Source of the DNA: an archaeon
Lineage (GTDB): Archaea; SpSt-1190; DYHY01
Direction of reading: 5' to 3'
Assembly: GCA_037442745.1 (NCBI GenBank)
Contig: JBBIPP010000006.1
Location: 734 to 64,733 of the forward strand
DNA: 64,000 bases
The position numbers and the translations under genes are program-made. The notes under the pieces were generated by a model that saw only the letters and a list, made by a program, of their open reading frames with translations, was not told the DNA's origin and made no database searches. Shown piece by piece: positions 17,726-26,175 of this stretch (position 1 is its first letter; every line of letters begins with the position of its first letter).

Positions 17726-18653
17726 CGTGGCGTTCTCTCCCGGAAACGTTTTCCTCTCGGGAGAGCATTCTGTTGGCTGGGGGTTCCCTGCAATTCTCGG
17801 GGCAACTTCAATCGGGACATTCTCTGTCGCAAAAATGTCTAAAGGGAAAAATTCGATTGTCTCGGACAGCTATAAAGAGGGTTCAAGAGAGCTTCATACT
17901 CCGCTTTTGCTTGTTGAAAAATTGTCAGGGGAAAAGCCCCGGCAGGTCCGCGTTTCCTCAGAGCTCCCTATTGAAGGCGGGCTCTCCTCATCAACAGCAG
18001 CCCTTGTCTCAATTGCAAGAGCTCTTCCGAAAGGCCGGGCGCTTTCAAGAAACAACCTCATAAAATTACTACTGCCCTATCAGGCAGAGATCCATGGAGG
18101 AAAGTGTTCCGGCGCGGAATTCGTTTCAAGCGTTTTCGGGGGGTTCAACAAGGTTGTCTCCCGGGAAGGGCGACTGCAAATAAGCAGAATTTGGGCAAAA
18201 CCTCTCAGGCTTCTTGTTACTGACACTGGAATACGCGCGCCGACAAAAAAATCGTTCGGAATTCACATGTTCTCCCTTGTAGAGAAAAGGAGAGAATTCG
18301 CTCTGGGGAGCTTTCAAAGAATCGGGGAAATCTCGGATTCTGTCGGGAGAGCTCTGCGTTCCGGGAAAGAGAGGGAGGAGAAACTGGCAGTTCTTTTCAG
18401 GGAAAACCAGTCAATTCTCAAAAGACTCGGGGTCTCCCACAGAATTATTGAGAAAATCTCGTCAATTGCGAACAAGGCAGACCCCTTCTCGGGAACAAAG
18501 CTCTCCGGCGGGGGGATGGGCGGAGTTGCCATAACAATAGGGTCGAATCTGAAAGAAATCTCAAAGAAGCTCTCCGAGAGGGGTTTTTCCCCGAAGGAAA
18601 TAATTGTCGGTTGCTCCGGAGAACGGCCAAATTCCGAAAGAAGGATTAAATAA
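17718..18653 (+). CDS. mvk: GHMP kinase, mevalonate kinase-like
   Basis: PGNVFLSGEHSV, LPIEGGLSSSTA, KLSGGGMGG, last gene of the mevalonate operon. Confidence 0.8.
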   Translation: MSSVAFSPGNVFLSGEHSVGWGFPAILGATSIGTFSVAKMSKGKNSIVSDSYKEGSRELHTPLLLVEKLSGEKPRQVRVSSELPIEGGLSSSTAALVSIARALPKGRALSRNNLIKLLLPYQAEIHGGKCSGAEFVSSVFGGFNKVVSREGRLQISRIWAKPLRLLVTDTGIRAPTKKSFGIHMFSLVEKRREFALGSFQRIGEISDSVGRALRSGKEREEKLAVLFRENQSILKRLGVSHRIIEKISSIANKADPFSGTKLSGGGMGGVAITIGSNLKEISKKLSERGFSPKEIIVGCSGERPNSERRIK

Positions 18654-18674
18654 CCGGGCTCCCTTTGTTGGGGA

Positions 18675-19400
18675 ATGCCTGAAGTTGACATTGTGAAAAG
18701 CGGTATTTCCGGCCTTGACGAAATGCTAGGAGGGGGCTTTGAGAGGCGCTCCGCAGTCCTCGTTTCAGGGGAGGCCGGATGCGGAAAATCGACTCTCGCC
18801 CTCCAGTTCCTCTACAAGGGAATTACTGAATATAACGAGCCGGGAATCTACATTTCCTTCGAGGAGGACAAGGCAGATGTCTATCGCCATATGCTCCCGT
18901 TCGGAATGGATTTCGAAAAAATGGAAAGGGAGAAAAAGTTCATTTATTTCAGATATCCTCCACACGAAATTGAGAACTTCATTAGCGAGGGTAAAGTAAT
19001 CCAGGACTCTATTGAGGAGCTCGGGGCAAAGAGGATTGTTATTGACTCGATAACCTCGTTCGCCCTCCTCTTCAATGACGAGTACAAGCGGAAGCTCGGG
19101 ATAATAAGCCTTCTCCAGTCAATGAAGAAATGGGGATGCACTACTCTTCTCACATCGGAAGGGAGTTTCGATTCCCGCGGGAACTTTGAGGCGAAATTCG
19201 GGCTTTCATATCTTGTTGACGGAATCCTCTATCTATACAACATCCGCAAGGGAAATGTCAAGGAAAGGGCTTTTGAGGTTGTGAAAATGAGGGGAGTAAA
19301 GCACAGGACAAACATTTGCCCGGCACTTATGAACGACAGAGAGGGCCTAGAGCTCTACCCGAACGAGCCGGTTTTCAACGAGGAAAGCTGTTGGAAATAG
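18675..19400 (+). CDS. Single-domain KaiC/RAD55-family ATPase
   Basis: SGISGLDEMLGGG, GEAGCGKST, FEE, IVIDSIT, VVKMRG. Confidence 0.9.
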   Translation: MPEVDIVKSGISGLDEMLGGGFERRSAVLVSGEAGCGKSTLALQFLYKGITEYNEPGIYISFEEDKADVYRHMLPFGMDFEKMEREKKFIYFRYPPHEIENFISEGKVIQDSIEELGAKRIVIDSITSFALLFNDEYKRKLGIISLLQSMKKWGCTTLLTSEGSFDSRGNFEAKFGLSYLVDGILYLYNIRKGNVKERAFEVVKMRGVKHRTNICPALMNDREGLELYPNEPVFNEESCWK

Positions 19401-19406
19401 CTTGAA

Positions 19407-20438
19407 TCAGCAGTCGCCAATCGCAAGATTGAGCTTGGAATATATTTCAGTGCCTTTAGGGACAGTTGCTTTCAGGTGATAGCAGAGGTCGCAAACATTG
19501 CTGAAAAAGGGAACTGGAAACCCGGCAATATTCAGTATCTGGGCTGTTCGCGCAAGTCCTTCCTTTGCAAGACAGTATGACACTGCGTCGGAGGAGAATG
19601 CGTCAAGAACCTGCTCAGGAGAAGGATATTGTCCGCTCCGAACATCAAGAGCGCGGTTTTCGGGAAAATCCCCTCCGAAAGAACAGCAAGGGTACACGTG
19701 CGCAAGTCCGGGTTCCGACTTGTCCGGCGAGAAGGTCGGGTTGCGATGGCAGTTCCTCGCTGAAGCTGGATAGAGTCCCTTATTTCCTTTTCCCCTTCCG
19801 AATTGTCCGGCCGGCGAGACTGAGACTCTGTATACGCCCTCTTTGCCGGAAGGGCTTTTTACAAAAAGCGAGGCGTCTCTGTATGAAATTGAATATTCTT
19901 CGGGAGCGGATGCGCATATTTCCGAGAGAACCTTTTCGGCGGAAATCCTCTTCGTATAGAGGGCAGTAAGGGTTGCATCGGGAACGCCTGCGTCCGTTGA
20001 TGCGGAGAAAAAGTTGGCAACATTCCTTGCAGGGATTTTGTGCATATGGCCTTCTCCTGTTGAAACGTTCCAGGATGGGAGGCCGACCTCCTGCGAGAAT
20101 TGCGCAAGCATTTTTCCTGCGGATTCGAGGGTTCCTGCGAACCAGGCGTTGGAATTTATTGTTGGAAGAATCCCCCTTCCAAAAAGTTCGGAAACAGCGG
20201 TTTTCAGTGCAGGAAGGTTTTTTGGAAGAGTTACTTCACCTCCGGACAAGATATTGTTGTCGGAAAAACCGAGTTTGCGCCCTTCCGGAGTTTTCCTGAG
20301 GACATCTGAAACTTCAACCCACCAGGAAACGTCTTCAGGGAAAAGACGGGCGCTCCTGTTGTTTTCGCTACCAGATTCGTTCCCGCAGTAAAAGCAGTCG
20401 GCAACGCAATCATAGCTAATGACTGTTATTGAAGTCAT
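19407..20438 (-). CDS. Radical SAM protein
   Basis: N-terminal CxxxCxxC (CVADCFYC), SGGE motif, C-terminal VYPCC and CDLC. Confidence 0.75.
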   Translation of the reverse strand: MTSITVISYDCVADCFYCGNESGSENNRSARLFPEDVSWWVEVSDVLRKTPEGRKLGFSDNNILSGGEVTLPKNLPALKTAVSELFGRGILPTINSNAWFAGTLESAGKMLAQFSQEVGLPSWNVSTGEGHMHKIPARNVANFFSASTDAGVPDATLTALYTKRISAEKVLSEICASAPEEYSISYRDASLFVKSPSGKEGVYRVSVSPAGQFGRGKGNKGLYPASARNCHRNPTFSPDKSEPGLAHVYPCCSFGGDFPENRALDVRSGQYPSPEQVLDAFSSDAVSYCLAKEGLARTAQILNIAGFPVPFFSNVCDLCYHLKATVPKGTEIYSKLNLAIGDC

Positions 20439-20486
20439 TTAATCCTGCAAAAGGATTTTGTTTAAATAATTATCACTCAAGAGTGT

Positions 20487-20729
20487 TTAAATATTGTCAG
20501 TGAAAACCATTCTTGGCTTGCCAGACAAGAGCCTCTTTTCCAAGGAATCTTTCTCTGAAAACGGGTCTTCCGGAAGGGCAATTCTCTCAGATAATCCGCT
20601 ATTCCCGCTTTGTTTGAATGTCCGTTCCTTCAATTCAATTGACGCAAGAAGAGAGTCTTCATCGAAATCAATCGGGTCTTTTGAAAGCCTATATTTCCTT
20701 CCGGTCGCAATATAGACGGTTTCAGGCAT
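20487..20729 (-). CDS. Hypothetical protein (80 aa)
   Basis: ATG ORF filling the gap between co-oriented TBP and radical SAM genes. Confidence 0.55.
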   Translation of the reverse strand: MPETVYIATGRKYRLSKDPIDFDEDSLLASIELKERTFKQSGNSGLSERIALPEDPFSEKDSLEKRLLSGKPRMVFTDNI

Positions 20730-20754
20730 TTAATTAACTGGTTTTTTCGGATAT

Positions 20755-21696
20755 TTATCTCTTCCCGAACAGCTTGCCGAAAAGGCCTCTGGAGGATTTT
20801 TTCTGGGGTTTGGCTTGCTTTGGCTTGGCTTTTGCCTTGGGCTTGGAGCGAGGTCCGGACTTTGAGCCAGCTCTTTCGGGCTCGCCCTTGGGCTCGCCCT
20901 TGGGCTTGCCCTTTGGCTTGCCCTTGGGCTTGCCCTTGGGCTTGCCCTTGGGCTTGCCCTTTGGCTTTTTCCCTTTCCGTTTGGGCTCGGAATCGTCTGA
21001 ATCATCTACTTTTCCGGCAATTGGCCTATATTCCATTGAAGCTGGGATTGGCTGGTCGAGCTTGATTTCCTGCCTCCCTTCGTTCGCTCCTGATGCCTGG
21101 GCAGCTGCGGCTGACTCTGCCTCCCTTTTGAGGGTTTCCTCGTCTTTTTCCCTCGCAGCCCCGCTCCGGTTGACTGTTGTAACGAGCTTTTCAATTGCTT
21201 TCCTCAAGTCTCGGATATCTTTCAATCCGGCCAGGACGCACTTTCCGCTCGAAAATATCAGAAAAGTAACGTTCGGATCGTGTATTTTGTAGGTGAGCCC
21301 CGGGAAAAGTTCTGGCGAATAATATGCGTCAAGGACTTTTCTAACGAATTTCTCAAGGTCAACGTCAACCCCCATCTCAAGGGAGAAGACCATGTTCTGG
21401 ACCTCAATGTTATACTCCTTAATTGTCGCTCCGATCTTCTTCAGGTCCTTCCTCAGGTCGTGGGCGGCCCGTTCCAGCTGCTCGACGGACCTGCATCCGG
21501 CAAGAACAGCTTTGCCGTTCTTGAAGAGGAGGAAAGTGTGCCCTTGTTGCATATGGTAAATTGCTCCCGGGAACTTCTCCGGAGTGAATTCCGCGCCAAG
21601 GACCTTTGAAATCTTCTCAAGCGGGAACTCGACATGGAATTTGCATGACGCGACAATGTTCTGAGGGGTAATCTTTACGTCTTCTGGGGTTAACAT
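20755..21696 (-). CDS. tbp: TATA-box binding protein, divergent, with ~130-aa C-terminal extension
   Basis: Two TBP repeats: QNIVAS...PEKFPG...LLFKNGK and QNMVFS...PELFPGL...LIFSSGK. Confidence 0.88.
   Translation of the reverse strand: MLTPEDVKITPQNIVASCKFHVEFPLEKISKVLGAEFTPEKFPGAIYHMQQGHTFLLFKNGKAVLAGCRSVEQLERAAHDLRKDLKKIGATIKEYNIEVQNMVFSLEMGVDVDLEKFVRKVLDAYYSPELFPGLTYKIHDPNVTFLIFSSGKCVLAGLKDIRDLRKAIEKLVTTVNRSGAAREKDEETLKREAESAAAAQASGANEGRQEIKLDQPIPASMEYRPIAGKVDDSDDSEPKRKGKKPKGKPKGKPKGKPKGKPKGKPKGEPKGEPERAGSKSGPRSKPKAKAKPKQAKPQKKSSRGLFGKLFGKR
20881..20964. repeat. Seven tandem 12-bp units (CTTGCCCTTGGG-like) encoding the KPKG/EPKG tract of TBP
   Basis: Read directly; units differ by at most 1 nt from CTTGCCCTTGGG. 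Confidence 0.92.
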
Positions 21697-21751
21697 TGGA
21701 GCTTAAAAAGGATGGAAGGTATTTAAATATAGTATATAAATAGGCCTTTTT

Positions 21752-22543
21752 ATGGGAACAAAAGTGAAAAAGCCTGCGCCTATGCGGGGAAAGACCCCGA
21801 AAAAGAGCAACGCGCCAATTGAAATGCTCAAAAAGACTGTGGGGAACTCCGATGTTGTCCTCTTGACTGTTGACTCCCGGTTTCCAACGCCAAGCGTTTT
21901 TGTCGGAAAGCTCTGCAGGGAGGCAAAAGTCCCTCTCTTGGTTGTCCTGACAAAAGACGACCTTGTCGAAAGCCCGCGGGCTGTCGGTTTCCCTAGCGTT
22001 CCTTTCTCAGCCAAGTATCCGGGCAGGTACAAGAAAATGATTCTCAGGGCAATCTATGCCGCTGCGAGGAAGGGGAAGGATTCCTTGGTCAGGGTCTCGG
22101 TTGTCGGCTATCCGAACACCGGAAAATCGAGCCTAATAAACTCAATTTCCCACAGAAAATCTCTTTCAGTCTCGCCAATTGCGGGCCACACAAGAGCGGT
22201 GCAATGGATACGGTTCGGGCGCATTCTCCTCTCTGACACCCCGGGAGTAATCCCGGAGAATGTCGGAAAGGACAAACTCGTAATGATGGGGAGCCTGAAC
22301 ATTGATAAGGAGAAAGATCCTGTCGCAATCTGTGAAAAGGTCATTGGGGAGATTTTCTCTACAGATATCGGAAGGAAAAAATTCTTCCTCCATTTCGACA
22401 TACCTCCCTGCCAAAAGGAAGAGGTAATTGAAGCGGTCGCAAGAAGGCGGGGCAGGCTGATGAAAGGGGGTGAGCCGAACATTGAGGAGACTGCGAAGAT
22501 AATTGTAAGGGATTTCCAGAGAGGAAAAATACGCCTTGGCTAG
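21752..22543 (+). CDS. Circularly permuted GTPase, YlqF/RbgA family
   Basis: DSR, TKDDL (G4) before GYPNTGKSSLIN (G1), DTPG (G3). Confidence 0.9.
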   Translation: MGTKVKKPAPMRGKTPKKSNAPIEMLKKTVGNSDVVLLTVDSRFPTPSVFVGKLCREAKVPLLVVLTKDDLVESPRAVGFPSVPFSAKYPGRYKKMILRAIYAAARKGKDSLVRVSVVGYPNTGKSSLINSISHRKSLSVSPIAGHTRAVQWIRFGRILLSDTPGVIPENVGKDKLVMMGSLNIDKEKDPVAICEKVIGEIFSTDIGRKKFFLHFDIPPCQKEEVIEAVARRRGRLMKGGEPNIEETAKIIVRDFQRGKIRLG

Positions 22544-23676
22544 GCTTTCCCGCCGGAAACTTCGATTCTAGCCATCGGGCAGAGCCTGAGAAGCTTTTCT
22601 CTTATCAGGGGGAGCAAGATTCCTTCTGAGAATATTGTGAAATCCCCTCCCCTTCTAGCCTCGAAAATAGCCTTTTCAATTGCATGGAAGCGGTAGTGGA
22701 CGTCAAGGAAGCCCTTCTTTGAGATCCTCCTTGCAACTGAGCCGTAAATCCCCGAGCGGTTGTGGTTAGCAGGGATTTTTTCCCCGTCCTCAAGAACAGG
22801 AACAAGCGTTATTTTCCCGTGAACGCCCTTGTGGGGAAAGACTTTTTCCGAGAATTCAAGAATGCTCCTTGAAGGCAGGGATGACTTTTTCCCGGTTATC
22901 AGCTCCAGTTCCTTGTCTAACACAAGGGGGGCTGGCCTCAAAAACCCGAGTCTATGGACAAGCTCGTCGTCCGAGAAAAAATCGCCGGTCTTCCCGGAAA
23001 AAACAAGCTTGCCTCTTTCAAGAGACCTCACCTCGTCAGCCCATTCGTAGGCAGTCTCAATGTCGTGCGTTGACATTGCAACTGTCAGGCCCTTGCGGTT
23101 GAGTTCGTCTGAGAGCTCGAGAAGCTCGTGGACTATCTCGTTATCAAGCCCGGCTGTCGGCTCGTCCATTATTATCACCTCGGGCTTCATTGCAAGGGCT
23201 CCGGCGAGGGAAACCCTTTTTCTCTGGCCGAACGAGAGGTCCGTTGTCGGCCGGCCCCTGAGAGACTCTATTCCAACCCAGGAAATTGCCTCATCGACCC
23301 TCCGTTCTACCTCGTCCCGCGAAAGCCCGAGATTCAGGGGCCCGAACGCGACGTCCTCTTCCACTGTTGCCGAGAAAATCTGGTCGTCCGGGTTCTGAAA
23401 AACCAAAACAACTTTTTCCCGGAGATTGGAGAGGGATTTTTTGTCATACTTGATTTCCTTTCCCGCGAAGAAAAGCTTTCCAGAATCCGGCCGATTGACC
23501 CCGGTTAAGCAAAGGAAAAGGGTTGATTTCCCGGCGCCGTTTGGGCCCAGAAAAACAGTCTTCTTGCCTTTTGGTATTGCTAGGCTTATTTCCGAGATTT
23601 TTCCCTCGTCGCCATACAAATTGCCATATGAAAAAGATAGTCCCTTTGTTTCAATTATGTTCTCTGCTTTTTTCAT
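22540..23676 (-). CDS. cbiO: ECF cobalt transporter ATPase
   Basis: GPNGAGKST, FQNPDDQIF, LSFGQ, MDEPTAGLD; has a C-terminal extension. Confidence 0.9.
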   Translation of the reverse strand: MKKAENIIETKGLSFSYGNLYGDEGKISEISLAIPKGKKTVFLGPNGAGKSTLFLCLTGVNRPDSGKLFFAGKEIKYDKKSLSNLREKVVLVFQNPDDQIFSATVEEDVAFGPLNLGLSRDEVERRVDEAISWVGIESLRGRPTTDLSFGQRKRVSLAGALAMKPEVIIMDEPTAGLDNEIVHELLELSDELNRKGLTVAMSTHDIETAYEWADEVRSLERGKLVFSGKTGDFFSDDELVHRLGFLRPAPLVLDKELELITGKKSSLPSRSILEFSEKVFPHKGVHGKITLVPVLEDGEKIPANHNRSGIYGSVARRISKKGFLDVHYRFHAIEKAIFEARRGGDFTIFSEGILLPLIREKLLRLCPMARIEVSGGKA

Positions 23677-23679
23677 TTT

Positions 23680-24438
23680 CTAAAAATTACCTCCGAGGAA
23701 ATGGAGGAGAATGAACGAGGAAATTGAAAGGGCGATCCAGGAAAATCCGGTCCTTTTCGGCTCCCTGAAAATTGGAAAATCTCCCCTGAAATTCCGGGAA
23801 ACAAGCGCTTTCTCCGCCCTCTCGGCAAAAGCTAGGCTCCTTGAGAGAAGGGCTGCCGAAATCCGGGCGCTTGTTTTTATTGACCTGAAAAAGCCTGTAT
23901 AGCCTAGCCGGCACTCTGCGGCAAGTGTCATTCTTCCAAGTTCCTCCAAAATCATTAGGGAATAGCGATAGACAAGTATTGAGACCTCCGAAACGAACGC
24001 TGGAAGGCCAGCTTCCCTGAAAACGAACGCGAAATGGGGAACAGGGGTTGATGTTGCAAAAAAAGTGAGGATTGAGAAGCCGGCGATTGCCCGGAGAAAG
24101 AGGGTTGCGGAAAGAAGAAGGCCCTCTTTTGTAAATGACGCTATTCCGAACTCGGCAACCTTTTCTCCGGGAGTTGTCAGAGATATTACTAAAACTGAAA
24201 TCAGAAGGATTGAGAGAGTCCCTAAATAGGCTCCGAGAATTATTTTTGGGAACCGAAAGCCGGTTGAGAAGAATACCAAAACAAATCCTATTACAAAAAC
24301 CATCAGAGGAACTGCCGGATTCTTCGAGAAAAGGGACCCTAAAAGGAGGGCAAGGGAAAAGAGGAATTTCCCGGACGGAGGAAGCCCCTTGAACCTGCTC
24401 TTCTGGGCAATTGAATCGAGGGAAACTGTTCCTGTCAT
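23680..24438 (-). CDS. cbiQ: ECF cobalt transporter T component
   Basis: Multi-TM, YRY, AECRLGY, RAE...SRNF motifs. Confidence 0.88.
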   Translation of the reverse strand: MTGTVSLDSIAQKSRFKGLPPSGKFLFSLALLLGSLFSKNPAVPLMVFVIGFVLVFFSTGFRFPKIILGAYLGTLSILLISVLVISLTTPGEKVAEFGIASFTKEGLLLSATLFLRAIAGFSILTFFATSTPVPHFAFVFREAGLPAFVSEVSILVYRYSLMILEELGRMTLAAECRLGYTGFFRSIKTSARISAALLSRSLAFAERAEKALVSRNFRGDFPIFREPKRTGFSWIALSISSFILLHFLGGNF

Positions 24439-24470
24439 TTTCCCCTCTTCAGAAGCCCAGTTTAAGAGCT

Positions 24471-24764
24471 TTATTTTTCCCGCTCGTCCTTCCTTTTCGC
24501 TGTTTCCTGCCCGATGAAGTAGCCTATTACCCCAGCCCCCATTGCTGCCTGGAGGGCGAAGAGCATTGACTCAGTCTCTGGCTTTGGCTCCCAGAGAGGG
24601 GAGAACCATGGCTCGTAATCCGGGGCAATTTCGAGTATTGCCTCCTCTCCCTCCATATCAGCTCCCACGAACTCGGAATTCCTGTTCAGAAGGATTGCTC
24701 CAAAGAAAATCAGGAAAATTATCCCAATCCCCGCCAAATATTTCATCCACGTCGGAACAGCCAT
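24471..24764 (-). CDS. cbiN: ECF cobalt transporter CbiN
   Basis: GAD...YEPWFSPLWEP..ETESMLFALQAAMGAGVIGY. Confidence 0.92.
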   Translation of the reverse strand: MAVPTWMKYLAGIGIIFLIFFGAILLNRNSEFVGADMEGEEAILEIAPDYEPWFSPLWEPKPETESMLFALQAAMGAGVIGYFIGQETAKRKDEREK

Positions 24765-24765
24765 T

Positions 24766-25431
24766 TTACTTCAATACCTCCGAAAACTGCTTTTGTCTTG
24801 ATTTCTTCAGGAAATCAAAGAAAATTACGAAAAGTATTCCTTCGGCAATTGCTAGGGGGACCTGTGTCAGGGCGAAAATCCCAATGAATGTCCCGAATGA
24901 CGAGAGGAACCCGGCTGTTGTGAGAGCGCCTCCCCCGGGATATGCGAGGGCTAGCTGAACTGAAGTCACAACATAAGTAACCAAATCTGATAGCAGAGCC
25001 GCGAAAAATACGCTAATTCCGAGGCCCGCTTTCAGTTTCCGCAATGCCTTGAAAGTGAGGAAGGCGACCAACGGGCCAGCTATTCCCATTGAGACAATGT
25101 CCGCTCCGAGAGTGGTTATCCCCCCGTGAGCAAGGAGAAGGGCCTGGAAAATGAGGGAAATTGTCGCTAGGAACGCCGAGATTCCTGGCCCGAACAGTAT
25201 TGCCGCAAGGCCTGTTCCTGTTGGGTGCGACGATGAGCCAGTTACTGAAGGGAGCTTGAGCGCGGAGAGAACGAAAATGAATGCTCCTGCAACGGCAATC
25301 ATTATCTTCTCATTTGGCCTCTCTTTGAAAATTTTGGAAACTTTGTATCCGCCATAAAGGACGAACGGCAGGGCAACTAGGTACCAGAATCCCGCCCAGA
25401 AGGGGGACAAGAAGCCTTCGGAAATGTGCAT
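24766..25431 (-). CDS. cbiM: ECF cobalt transporter S component
   Basis: MHISEGFL N-terminus, PSVTGSSSHPTG, LLAHGGITTLG, TQVPLAIAEG. Confidence 0.95.
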   Translation of the reverse strand: MHISEGFLSPFWAGFWYLVALPFVLYGGYKVSKIFKERPNEKIMIAVAGAFIFVLSALKLPSVTGSSSHPTGTGLAAILFGPGISAFLATISLIFQALLLAHGGITTLGADIVSMGIAGPLVAFLTFKALRKLKAGLGISVFFAALLSDLVTYVVTSVQLALAYPGGGALTTAGFLSSFGTFIGIFALTQVPLAIAEGILFVIFFDFLKKSRQKQFSEVLK

Positions 25432-25800
25432 CTAGGCCCCACATCCCTTGCAAATTCCCCTGACGGAGAGGTTCAGGGAAATCGTTCTCCCGAGGTTTTC
25501 CGGAACGGAGGGCTTTTTCGATGGGAAATCAAATATTTCCTCGCACTTGACGCATTCAAAGTGGGCGTGGTAGTTCCCGGGCTTTTCAAAAAACGAGATT
25601 CCGTAGTGATCAGTTGAGGAAAGTATCCCGTCTTCAGAGAGGTGCTTTAGGTTCCGATAGACTGTCCCTAGGCTTATCTCGGGTATTTTCTTCTTAACAA
25701 TTGAGTATACTTCGTCCGCCTTCAGATGCCTCTTTGCGGAGAGGACAGCCTTTATTATCTCCTTTTTCTTTGAGGTGTTCCTGTGGAAAGAATTTTCCAT
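25432..25800 (-). CDS. Fur-family transcriptional regulator
   Basis: HLKADEVY, SLGTVYRNL, HAHFECVKC, CKGC. ATG 25800 preferred because the promoter lies just upstream. Confidence 0.9.
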   Translation of the reverse strand: MENSFHRNTSKKKEIIKAVLSAKRHLKADEVYSIVKKKIPEISLGTVYRNLKHLSEDGILSSTDHYGISFFEKPGNYHAHFECVKCEEIFDFPSKKPSVPENLGRTISLNLSVRGICKGCGA

Positions 25801-25808
25801 GGTGCTAT

Positions 25809-25840
25809 TGATAATTATTACCATTTATAAGCCTTTCTCT
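25809..25840 (-). promoter_or_regulatory. Fur-type 7-1-7 operator (25809-25823) abutting TATA box (25823-25830) and BRE
   Basis: TGATAAT-T-ATTACCA is one mismatch from TGATAATnATTATCA. Minus strand reads AGAGAAAGGC-TTATAAAT immediately upstream. Confidence 0.75.
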
Positions 25841-25875
25841 GTTTGAACATCTCCCTAGAAAACCTTATATATTAA

Positions 25876-26175
25876 ATGTGCAACATTTTCGCACAGGAAG
25901 TGATGAAAATGCAGATACAAGAACAACTGCAGGAAAAGGTTCCCCAGCTAATTGACATTGACAAAATAATCAGGCTTGATTTCCCGGGGGAAATAATAGA
26001 GCAGATAAAATATGAAAACGGACTTGTCGCAATTTCAACTTCGAGGGGCGAGGATTGGAGGATATTTCGGGCTTTTGGAGTCAGGGATGCGTCGATTTCT
26101 GGACCGATTGCATACCAGGATTCTTCGGGAGCAAAAATAATCTTTCGGATTGAAAAAACCGGGGGGCAGGGCTAG
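25876..26175 (+). CDS. Hypothetical protein, divergent from the Fur operon (start probably 25903 or 25909)
   Basis: ORF preceded by TTATATATTA at ~25865. Confidence 0.6.
   Translation: MCNIFAQEVMKMQIQEQLQEKVPQLIDIDKIIRLDFPGEIIEQIKYENGLVAISTSRGEDWRIFRAFGVRDASISGPIAYQDSSGAKIIFRIEKTGGQG

Noticed and set aside
20881-20964. Tandem repeats as a CRISPR array
   Set aside because: Contiguous 12-bp units with no spacers, inside a coding frame, and no cas genes
20730-21292. Alternative ORFs with RASP, GLPL or ACPW repeats
   Set aside because: Shadow frames of the TBP repeat tract
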